Assembly: GCA_964566895.1 (NCBI GenBank)
Contig: CAZMJP010000002.1
Span: 1-43,359 of the forward strand
DNA length: 43,359 nucleotides
Source of the DNA: an uncultured Gammaproteobacteria bacterium
GTDB taxonomy: Bacteria > Patescibacteriota > Patescibacteriia > UBA2591 > UBA6264
Direction of reading: 5' to 3'
Shown: positions 36,311 to 43,318 of the stretch, one piece after another
How positions within the stretch are numbered: the first letter of the stretch is position 1
Layout: each line of letters begins with the position of its first letter
Translations under genes and position numbers: made by a program
The notes under the pieces: model-generated
The model's input: only the letters and a program-made list of their open reading frames with translations
What the model was told of the DNA's origin: nothing
Database searches by the model: none

Positions 36311-36333
36311 ATAAGTAAAACTACTGATAAGCT

Positions 36334-37263
36334 CTAATACATTCGAGTACTTTTATTTTTAAAATCATTAAAGGATGAATAAGTAAATTTCCAAAAATTA
36401 AGGGGAATAGGAATCTTACCCGAACCATTTGGGGCGTCAACCACATGAAAAGGAAAGGCAATACCCGAGATATTTTTTCTAAGTTTGGTCATAATTTCAA
36501 TCTCTTTCTTGATTGGAACAATAAAATGTTCAACCCCTTTAGTCAAGTCGCAGTGAAAAATATAATAAGGTCTAACGCCAAGTTCGACAAGTTTAGTGAA
36601 CAAGGTCTCCAAAACTTTATAAGAATCATTAATTCCTTTTAAAAAAGTCGACTGAGAAAACAAGGGTATCCCGGTTTTTCTCAAAGCATTTACCGCCTTA
36701 ACGGTTTCGGGAGTTAATTCGTCGGGATGTTCAAAATGGATGGAAAAATAAAGCGTTTTCTTTTTATTAATTCTCGTTAAGGTTTCCAAAATCCTTTTAG
36801 TCAAAAGCTGGGGGTCGGATACCGGAACCCGGCTGTGAATTCTAATTATTTTTATCTGTCTTAATTTTGAAAATTTATTTAAAGCATAAATTAAAAGCCT
36901 CGGAACGGTCAAAGGGTCGCCTCCAGAAAAGACAACTTCATTGATTTTCGGTTTGGATTCGATGTAATTTATCATTTTCTCAATATCTCTTAAAGAAAGT
37001 TCTCCTTTTTTAAGATCGGAAACCTCGCGACGTCTGGTGCAAAATCGGCAAAAAGAAGCGCAATTTAAAGTCAACTCAATCAAAACTCTTCGGGAATATT
37101 TATGAACTAACCCTTTGACTTTTTTATGTTTATCTTCCAAAAGGGGGTCGATTAACGCCCGTTTGGAAAAAACCTTTTCCTCTGGAGAAAAATAAAACTG
37201 TTTTTTGATCGCCGATGATTTCTTGGCTAACTGTCTTAAATGACTGCTAATTTTAACCAACAT
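36334..37263 (-). CDS. KamA-family radical SAM aminomutase, short form (lysine 2,3-aminomutase / EpmB-like)
   Basis: CASFCRFC (CxxxCxxC) cluster in the context LTLNCASFCRFCTRRR, with a preceding DPL..E..H...GLVHKYSRRVL segment. VFSGGDPL and VRPYYIFHCD are present. DAPNGSGKIP carries the Lys expected to bind PLP. The 309-aa protein lacks the C-terminal domain of full-length KamA. Confidence 0.82.
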   Translation of the reverse strand: MLVKISSHLRQLAKKSSAIKKQFYFSPEEKVFSKRALIDPLLEDKHKKVKGLVHKYSRRVLIELTLNCASFCRFCTRRREVSDLKKGELSLRDIEKMINYIESKPKINEVVFSGGDPLTVPRLLIYALNKFSKLRQIKIIRIHSRVPVSDPQLLTKRILETLTRINKKKTLYFSIHFEHPDELTPETVKAVNALRKTGIPLFSQSTFLKGINDSYKVLETLFTKLVELGVRPYYIFHCDLTKGVEHFIVPIKKEIEIMTKLRKNISGIAFPFHVVDAPNGSGKIPIPLNFWKFTYSSFNDFKNKSTRMY

Positions 37264-38278
37264 AGATTTTATAACGCCGACAAGCGGCTTTAATTATTTT
37301 ATCTAACATTTCTCTAAAGTTATAACCGGCGGCTCTCGCGACTAAAGGAAAGCGAGAATTTTCTTTCGGGTCGGGGATGATTCCCGGTATTTGGTTTACC
37401 TCTAAAACATTTGGTTTATTTGTCTTGTCTAATCTTAAATCTATCCGACACCAATCTAAAATTCCCAGAACCCTTTTGGTCTTTAAACAAATCTCTTCTA
37501 TTTCTCTCCTTAGAGTTTTTTCAATTTTTGCCGGGCAAATTACGGTCTCTATCTCGCTCTCTGGATTATCAACCAGCCACTTTACTTCATATGAGTCTAT
37601 CGGAACCAAATTTTTAGGCAGTGACGAAAAGTTCAGCTCCGCCGGAGGCAAAATCTCCACCGGACTATTCCCAATTAAACCGACGGTGAATTCTCTTCCT
37701 GATAAAAATTCTTCAACTAACGCCGGTTGATTGAAATTTTTTATCACTTCTTTCACTTTCTTTCTTAATTTTTTTTTGGTCTTTACTAAGGAATCCTGAA
37801 AAATCCCCTTTGACGAACCCTCATTATTCGGTTTAACGAGTAAGGGAAACTTTAGCTCTCCTTTTAATTTTTCCTCGCCGGTTTCGAAAATCTGAAATTT
37901 AGCGGTGGGAATATTATGCCAAGAAAGCGCTTTTTTGGTTAAAGCCTTATTTAAACAAATTGCCTGAGTCAGGGGTTTGGACCCAAGATAAGGAATTTCC
38001 AACATTTCAAGTATCGCCGGAATCTGAGCCTCTCTGTCTCGGCCATGAATTCCTTCGGCAATGTTAAAGACAAGATCAATTTTTGACTTCAATTTTTTAA
38101 ATTTCAAATAAGCGTTTTCATCGGCTTCAATTAAAAAAACCTTGTGACCAAGCTTTCTTAATGATCTAGCAATTCCCCCGATTGTTTTAGGCGTATCAAA
38201 TTCCGCTTCCTCAATGGATTTTCTATTTTTCAAAGACGGTTCTACGTGACGGACGTTAAAAGTCAGGGCGATTTTCAT
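37253..38278 (-). CDS. ATP-grasp ligase of the D-alanine--D-alanine ligase family; substrate unknown
   Basis: Motifs HGRDREAQIPAILEMLEIPYLGS, FPLLVKPNNEGSSKGI, LVEEFLSGREFTVGLIG and CRIDLRLD...VLEVNQIPG. The N-terminus (KIALTFNV...EFDTPKTIGGIARSLRKLGHKV) differs from canonical Ddl. Confidence 0.78.
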   Translation of the reverse strand: MKIALTFNVRHVEPSLKNRKSIEEAEFDTPKTIGGIARSLRKLGHKVFLIEADENAYLKFKKLKSKIDLVFNIAEGIHGRDREAQIPAILEMLEIPYLGSKPLTQAICLNKALTKKALSWHNIPTAKFQIFETGEEKLKGELKFPLLVKPNNEGSSKGIFQDSLVKTKKKLRKKVKEVIKNFNQPALVEEFLSGREFTVGLIGNSPVEILPPAELNFSSLPKNLVPIDSYEVKWLVDNPESEIETVICPAKIEKTLRREIEEICLKTKRVLGILDWCRIDLRLDKTNKPNVLEVNQIPGIIPDPKENSRFPLVARAAGYNFREMLDKIIKAACRRYKIYVG

Positions 38279-38279
38279 C

Positions 38280-39785
38280 TTAGATCTTTAACTCTTCCTT
38301 ATAAATTTTTAAAACTTTGTCTTTTAATTCTTCCGGTATAGTTTCGGCCGAGTGAATGCCAAAATATTTTTTTATTAATTCCTTCTCTCTTTTTTTTGCC
38401 TCTTTTAAATACAATTTCTTGAATAAATCAATTAATTCGCCTTTATATCCATTTTGGTAAGCTAAGTAAAAAGCTAATAATTGTTCATCCCTCCCTAAAA
38501 GAGAAACATCGTAACCATAGTTACTATCCTTGTCGCAACCGAAGAGGGCGTATTTTTGTCTATACTTCAGTTTCAACATATTGTTCCTTAATTCTACTTT
38601 TTTGGGATTGATATTGTTCGCTAAAAGAAAAATAAAAATTCTCGCGCATTTTGAGCAATTTCCGCACCAACGACTCTTCCTTTTTATTATTTTATATTCA
38701 TTAAAAGAAGAACAAGACATCTGATATTTGGCAATTTCAGGATAGCGATGGTGTAAAATTTTAATAATGGCAAGTTCGTGAAGCGGCTCAATTAAAGAAC
38801 CGACTTTAAGATTTTCCATCCCCAAAAGTTGAACGATTTTTCCTAATTTCTGAATCCACTCCACGCTTTGTTCATAGACGGGATTACACCAAAAACCTTC
38901 CTTATCCAAAAATTTATCATTGCAAGACTGTTCATTGGAGAAGAAAAGATAGTTAGTCATTCTTGCAAAAGCAATCGGCAGAACGATTAACCCAAATTGG
39001 GTTAGTTGCATCTCCCAACCATACCAGCCATCGTCAGACGGATTTTTATACGGCTCGCGCAAGCTGCCGGCCTCATTTTTAATAAATAAAATTTTTTGTT
39101 TGAATTCTTCAAAAAATTTTTCCGCTAATTTTTCCTTGAGATGATCCTCGGTTTGAGAAAGAGGCTCCTTTACATACGCCGGCATTGTTTTAATTCCGAT
39201 TTCTTTGCATAAACTATAAGTAAGCAAACTGTCTTTCCCAAAAGTAAAAAATATAAGAGCGGTATTCCTAATCTTTCTTAATGGTAGGGTAAAAGGAACG
39301 GAAGCTTCTTTCCTATTAAAATGATATTTAGTTTGAGATAATTTTTCTAAATACTTTGAAGCCTTCTCGGACTTCATTAGGGCGGTGGCGGGCAAAGAAT
39401 CCCTGAATCCCTCTCCAATCATATCTTTGACTGAAGGTTTTGACATAAGATACCACAAAGAACCAATATCCAAGAGACAAGGCAGGTGCAAGGTTAAAGC
39501 AAAAGTCAAATTCTCTAAAAGAACTTTCTTTAAAAACAAGGGATACTTCCCCCAAATATTTCTGGGATAGACGACGGAAAAATCTTTTTGATTGAAACTA
39601 ATAAGAAATCCTTTCTCTTTAATTTCCGGCTTGATTAAAATCTTTTTCGAAATAAAAAAAGAGTCGCCCTCTTCTTTTTTAGACTCTTTAATTGAAATCT
39701 CCAAAGGTCCGCTCCTACTTGGAGGTTCGTCTTCTTCTTTAGTTATGGTAATAGATGAAGTTTTTGTTTTTTCAAGAGTTTGCAT
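38280..39785 (-). CDS. Uncharacterised 501-aa protein with a PP-loop-like motif and a C-terminal Cys cluster (possible adenine-nucleotide alpha-hydrolase-fold adenylating enzyme)
   Basis: ALIFFTFGKDSLLTY resembles the SGGxDS PP-loop, and RWCGNCSKCARIF resembles the CxxC...C zinc motif of QueC-type PP-loop enzymes. Its stop codon lies 1 nt from the start of the ATP-grasp gene. Confidence 0.6.
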   Translation of the reverse strand: MQTLEKTKTSSITITKEEDEPPSRSGPLEISIKESKKEEGDSFFISKKILIKPEIKEKGFLISFNQKDFSVVYPRNIWGKYPLFLKKVLLENLTFALTLHLPCLLDIGSLWYLMSKPSVKDMIGEGFRDSLPATALMKSEKASKYLEKLSQTKYHFNRKEASVPFTLPLRKIRNTALIFFTFGKDSLLTYSLCKEIGIKTMPAYVKEPLSQTEDHLKEKLAEKFFEEFKQKILFIKNEAGSLREPYKNPSDDGWYGWEMQLTQFGLIVLPIAFARMTNYLFFSNEQSCNDKFLDKEGFWCNPVYEQSVEWIQKLGKIVQLLGMENLKVGSLIEPLHELAIIKILHHRYPEIAKYQMSCSSFNEYKIIKRKSRWCGNCSKCARIFIFLLANNINPKKVELRNNMLKLKYRQKYALFGCDKDSNYGYDVSLLGRDEQLLAFYLAYQNGYKGELIDLFKKLYLKEAKKREKELIKKYFGIHSAETIPEELKDKVLKIYKEELKI

Positions 39786-39811
39786 TGGAAATAATTATCA
39801 TTACTAGGGTC

Positions 39812-39839
39812 ATTATATATTCATTGAAATGATTGTCAA
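39812..39839 (-). promoter_or_regulatory. Consensus sigma70-type promoter of the three-gene operon
   Basis: Minus strand reads TTGACA (39839-39834), a 16-nt spacer, then TATAAT (39817-39812). It lies about 27 nt upstream of the ATG at 39785. Confidence 0.7.
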
Positions 39840-39871
39840 CTGTGGATAACTTTAAAAACTCAATTTTTGTC

Positions 39872-40684
39872 TCACCTCTGACATTTTGGACAAAAACAAG
39901 TAGTCCGGCCGGAAAGTTTGATTGCTTTTATTTTTGCTCCGCAACGAAAACATTCTTGACCTTCTCTCCCATAAACTTTCAAACGGGTAATAAAGTTTCC
40001 CTCTCTCCCATCAACATCTCGATAAGCGTCTACTGATGTTCCTCCGCTCTTAATAGCCGCGTTCATTATTTTTCTTAAGCCATCATAAACATCCTTGACT
40101 TCCCCGTTTTCCAAAGTTCCAACTTTTCTTTCCGGATTGACCTTGGCGTAAAAGCAAGTCTCCTGAGCATAAATGTTCCCGATACCGGCTAAAAATTTCT
40201 GGTCCATCAGCAACGGTTTAATTTTGGCCTTTTTCTTTTTTAACAATAACTCTTTGAATTTCTCCGGGGTAAAATCTTTGGAAAGCGGCTCCGGCCCAAA
40301 CTCTTTATTTAAAATTTTATCTGTTTGGGAAGTACTCAATAATTTCATGTAACCAAACTTCCTTAAATCTTTATAAAGCAATTTTTTACTGCCCTCAAAT
40401 TCAAAAATAACACTGGTATGTTTGTCCGGCTTTTGGTCCATAATCAAAAGACCGGTCAATTTTAAATGAACTAATAATGAATCGCCGCTGGATAAATCAA
40501 TAACTAAAAGTTTTGCTCTTCTTCGAAGAGATTTGATTTTTACTCCTTTCGTTTTAGAAATGAATTTAGGGACAGAAACATTAATCAGGCGAGGATTGAG
40601 CACCTCCACCCCTCTAATAGTTTCTCCTTTAATTCGCTTTTCAAGTTGAAGTTTAATTGTTTCCACTTCAGGTAATTCAGGCAT
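39872..40684 (-). CDS. mutM: Formamidopyrimidine-DNA glycosylase
   Basis: MPELPEVETI catalytic N-terminus, H2TH region and a C-terminal zinc finger (CFRCGAKI...CFCPKCQ). The gene ends at a TGA stop. Confidence 0.92.
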   Translation of the reverse strand: MPELPEVETIKLQLEKRIKGETIRGVEVLNPRLINVSVPKFISKTKGVKIKSLRRRAKLLVIDLSSGDSLLVHLKLTGLLIMDQKPDKHTSVIFEFEGSKKLLYKDLRKFGYMKLLSTSQTDKILNKEFGPEPLSKDFTPEKFKELLLKKKKAKIKPLLMDQKFLAGIGNIYAQETCFYAKVNPERKVGTLENGEVKDVYDGLRKIMNAAIKSGGTSVDAYRDVDGREGNFITRLKVYGREGQECFRCGAKIKAIKLSGRTTCFCPKCQR

Positions 40685-40712
40685 ATTTTTATTTACTAAT
40701 TAGTTAAGCGAA

Positions 40713-40736
40713 GGGGTCCTCAATTAAGAGAACCCC
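40713..40736 (-). terminator. Hairpin downstream of the 84-aa gene (possible terminator)
   Basis: GGGGTCCTC-AATTAA-GAGAACCCC with one mismatch. The U-tract on the minus strand is weak. Confidence 0.35.
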
Positions 40737-40752
40737 ATTTATACAGAGGAAT

Positions 40753-41007
40753 TTAGATTTGAAACAGATGCCCATAAATTCTTATTCCAAATTTCCCTTC
40801 CGGCGTCAGCAGCACGCTGGTCGCCATGGGAACATTTTTCCCTCTATTACCATGGCAAAGAGCCTCCATCTCGGGACAACAGATATTTTTCACTATCACC
40901 CCATCCTCCCGGGGGATAATAGTAAAATCTGGATGATTCTCCAGCCATCTCTTGGCTGGCTGTCCCTCAATCCTTCTCTTTGCCGCCGACCTTAAGCGAT
41001 ATTTCAT
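40753..41007 (-). CDS. Small basic Cys/His-containing protein, unknown function (84 aa)
   Basis: The ATG at 41007 is preceded by GGAGGT at a 3-nt spacing and by a consensus promoter. The sequence is MKYRLRSAAKRRIEG...NICCPEMEALCHGN.... The track's longer form starts upstream of that promoter. Confidence 0.55.
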   Translation of the reverse strand: MKYRLRSAAKRRIEGQPAKRWLENHPDFTIIPREDGVIVKNICCPEMEALCHGNRGKNVPMATSVLLTPEGKFGIRIYGHLFQI

Positions 41008-41035
41008 TTTACCTCCATAAATTAAAGTTGCCCTT

Positions 41036-41064
41036 ATTATAAATAAATTTATAAATCTTGTCAA
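41036..41064 (-). promoter_or_regulatory. Consensus sigma70-type promoter of the 84-aa gene
   Basis: Minus strand reads TTGACA (41064-41059), a 17-nt spacer, then TATAAT (41041-41036). Confidence 0.7.
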
Positions 41065-41132
41065 GGATAATTGTTTCAGACTCAACTCATTAACTCACTT
41101 CGGAAAAGGAATATCAGACCCCCGGAGGCCCC

Positions 41133-41160
41133 TTGACTTTTTTAAATAAACTACTATAAT
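41133..41160 (+). promoter_or_regulatory. Near-consensus sigma70-type promoter driving the non-coding transcript
   Basis: TTGACT (41133-41138), a 16-nt spacer, then TATAAT (41155-41160). It is divergent from the promoter at 41036-41064. Confidence 0.65.
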
Positions 41161-41166
41161 ATTAAC

Positions 41167-41330
41167 ATTAAACAACCTGAAAATAGGAGAATATATCCCG
41201 GCGGTGTTGGGTGCGCTATCTCTCTACTTTCATATCCTACTAAAATTAAATATCCCCCCTAATATAAAAAAGGTAGGAAGCGCCCAATACCGCATACATT
41301 TAAGCCCTTATCCACAAGGGCTTTTGATTT
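41167..41330 (+). ncRNA. Candidate structured small RNA (~160 nt), family unknown
   Basis: It starts about 7 nt after the -10 element. A 14-bp closing stem pairs 41201-41214 with 41280-41293, and an inner stem pairs CCTAC (41236-41240) with GTAGG (41273-41277). The AT-rich apical region displays CCCCCC. It ends at the terminator AAGCCCTT-ATCCAC-AAGGGCTT + TTGATTTT (41302-41330). No convincing ORF is present. Confidence 0.5.
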
Positions 41331-41585
41331 TAGAAAATGGTGTCCAAAACTGCTCTTTTAAATTACTGGTGATTTCAACATGAAAGATTTTCTGGTCGTA
41401 AAAGAGAATACATGTATGCCAAATCACCCTTGAATCGCCAAACTAAAACCATGAGATTACCGAATGGCTCCGTGTCGTGGACGATGTTAGAACCATTATT
41501 CAGCGACAAAACGAGTATATTTATATACCTGACTTGAGAAAATTTGCGAACGCCTGAACTTAATCAGCCTCTCATTGTTGTCTTA

Positions 41586-42419
41586 TTACTTCCCTTTGAG
41601 TTTCCTTTTTTCTATTTTCTCCAGATGTTTTATCTCTTTTTTAATTTCTCTGATGTGCTTTTCTGAAGGCAACTGTTCTGGGGGAACACCACCAATCTCT
41701 TTAATCGTTTGCCTTATTTTACCACCAACCATAAAATGAATTTTGGATGCCGCCCCCTCTCCTTGTATTTTACCATTTTTTATCTTTTCATCAGTCTGTG
41801 TAATGCGAAACAAATTTGCGGCTAACTCCGTAGAACCCGCCCTATCCAACAACTCACCCCTTTTAATACCCTTCTTTTGTTCTACTTCAGATAAAGGAGC
41901 ACCATAAAGCCCTTGATAACCAGCATCATTAAATAGTCCAAAATTAGAGACCCCCGCCTCTTTCGCTGTTTTGAAAAGTTTTTTATTATGGTCAGAAACT
42001 TGACCGCGAATAAATAGCCTTTTAGCTGTATCTGGGAGTTGCTCAAATACTTCTTGTCGCCTTGTTTGAATGGCAAAATAAGTTTGTGCTAATGCTATCT
42101 CGGGTTTACTGGGGTCTCCATTTTGAGCTATCAAATAACAAGCGTATCTATCCAGCTTAAAATCCCCCACTTTTCGCACCGTATTTGAGCCAATTTTGAC
42201 CAATTTGCTGATTTTAGCAAAATGGTTATCCACATCCTGCCCGCTTTCCATACACGCCCGTGCGGCTCTTCCTATAACCTCCTCAAAGTTACGCCATTGG
42301 GAATAGCCAAGCAAAAGCATAAGCCCACGAGCCATCCAATACTCAACGCCATTTTCGTCAATCTTTTTTATGCTCTCAAAATCTCTATGTGGAGCGTTTG
42401 GTATTAGTTCGTTTGTCAT
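41586..42419 (-). CDS. dinD: DNA-damage-inducible protein D family
   Basis: Collinear similarity to E. coli DinD as recalled from memory: KIGSN..., RYACYLIAQNGDPSKPEIALAQTYFAIQTRRQE, GYQGLYG and GSTELAANLFRITQTDEK. Confidence 0.85.
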   Translation of the reverse strand: MTNELIPNAPHRDFESIKKIDENGVEYWMARGLMLLLGYSQWRNFEEVIGRAARACMESGQDVDNHFAKISKLVKIGSNTVRKVGDFKLDRYACYLIAQNGDPSKPEIALAQTYFAIQTRRQEVFEQLPDTAKRLFIRGQVSDHNKKLFKTAKEAGVSNFGLFNDAGYQGLYGAPLSEVEQKKGIKRGELLDRAGSTELAANLFRITQTDEKIKNGKIQGEGAASKIHFMVGGKIRQTIKEIGGVPPEQLPSEKHIREIKKEIKHLEKIEKRKLKGK

Positions 42420-42538
42420 AAAATCTATTTTACATAATAAAAAGTGAAGTGATGAGTCTTACCCCACCCCGCTACTCACTATATTATTATAACACAAAAC
42501 TTCCAGAAACGGAAGCTTTATGTTGGAACAGCAAGCTA

Positions 42539-42596
42539 CTAGATCTAAATATTGGGGTCTAGATCTAATATTGGGGTCTGACCCCAAAAATCGACC
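42539..42596. repeat. Tandem 19-20-bp direct repeat plus inverted GGGGTC/GACCCC hexamers (candidate operator array)
   Basis: CTAGATCTAAATATTGGGGT is followed by CTAGATCTAATATTGGGGT, then CTGACCCCAAAAATCGACCCC. This gives four GGGGTC-type hexamers, including the palindrome GGGGTC-T-GACCCC. Confidence 0.6.
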
Positions 42597-42683
42597 CCAT
42601 AAATCAATTTTCGAACGCCATTTTTCGGGAATGGTCACTTTTTTGCCTAAAAATCTAAATAAGTTCTAGTTATAATAACGACA

Positions 42684-43130
42684 TCAGGTACCCTTTTTAA
42701 GTCGTTGGAAGGATTTTTGAATTTCTTTACCAATTAAAGGTATTATATCACTTATAACAAATGAAACTTCTTTTTTTCGATCTGTATCTATCTTTAAATA
42801 AATTTTTAAATCTGTCCTTAAAAAATTTTTAAATTGACGATTATCGTAATAACAACCGGATAAACGATGGATAATATAATTACAGAAATCGTTAAGGGAT
42901 TTCTTTCCACTTATTGTTGGAAGCGATATATTATCAATCATTTTATACTTCAAACAAATTCTTAGTAAAATACAAAGAATTTGAAGTTTTACATATAAAG
43001 AATAAAGTTTATTATGGTCTCCTTTATTAGTCCAATTTTGTAACCATTTAGTTTTAGAAAAAAGTTTGCCAAAATCATTTTTAATATCTTTAAATTCTTT
43101 TTTGATTCTGGAACGCAAATATTTTTCCAT
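42684..43130 (-). CDS. Hypothetical protein (148 aa), AT-rich orphan
   Basis: Intact ORF with an ATG start. It is Lys/Ile/Asn-rich, and I recognise no motif. It is visibly more AT-rich than the flanking housekeeping genes. Confidence 0.4.
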   Translation of the reverse strand: MEKYLRSRIKKEFKDIKNDFGKLFSKTKWLQNWTNKGDHNKLYSLYVKLQILCILLRICLKYKMIDNISLPTISGKKSLNDFCNYIIHRLSGCYYDNRQFKNFLRTDLKIYLKIDTDRKKEVSFVISDIIPLIGKEIQKSFQRLKKGT

Positions 43131-43252
43131 AAATATTTAAGTTAATCCTTATTAAAAATCCCCTCAACCCAAAAGAATCACCGAGATAACTTTCTAATTG
43201 TAACTACTTTTTTCATTTCAAGCAGTTTTTATTTTTTATATATCTATGGCGC

Positions 43253-43318
43253 GGCTGTGAACCAGAATAAATTCGGTTCGCAGCCATAAACCAGAACGAA
43301 GTTCGGTTTATGGCTGCG
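43253..43318. repeat. Two paralogous, mutually exclusive long hairpins sharing the arm CGCAGCC; the second includes the tRNA-Gln 3' end
   Basis: Hairpin 1 spans 43253-43285 (14 bp plus a bulged A, loop TAAA). Hairpin 2 spans 43279-43318 (17 bp plus a bulged A, loop CGAAG). Both contain the AACCAGAA...TTCGGTT core. Confidence 0.7.

Noticed and set aside
39841-39849. Perfect DnaA-box 9-mers (TTATCCACA) at 39841-39849 (minus strand) and 41308-41316 (plus strand): possible replication origin
   Set aside because: Only two isolated boxes are present, about 1.5 kb apart. One overlaps the region just upstream of a -35 element and the other forms the loop of a terminator hairpin. There is no box cluster, no AT-rich unwinding element and no dnaA or dnaN gene, and all genes keep one orientation across the site. 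They are most likely chance or regulatory occurrences.
41204-41383. 59-codon GTG-initiated ORF running through the candidate sRNA
   Set aside because: It has no ATG and only a poorly spaced AGGAGA 13 nt upstream. It reads straight through the long stem and the intrinsic terminator. The peptide has no recognisable features. The promoter-stem-terminator architecture favours a non-coding RNA.
41447-41557. 36-codon open frame ending ...EWLRVVDDVRTIIQRQNEYIYIPDLRKFANA*, possibly the C-terminal remnant of a degraded gene
   Set aside because: It is too short and has no start codon or recognisable family, so it cannot be called a pseudogene from sequence alone. It is mentioned only as context for the islet hypothesis.
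42539-42577. Tandem 19-20-bp repeats considered as a minimal CRISPR array
   Set aside because: There are only two directly abutting copies with no spacers, and no cas genes are present. The repeats are too short for CRISPR, and an operator or tandem-duplication explanation fits better.
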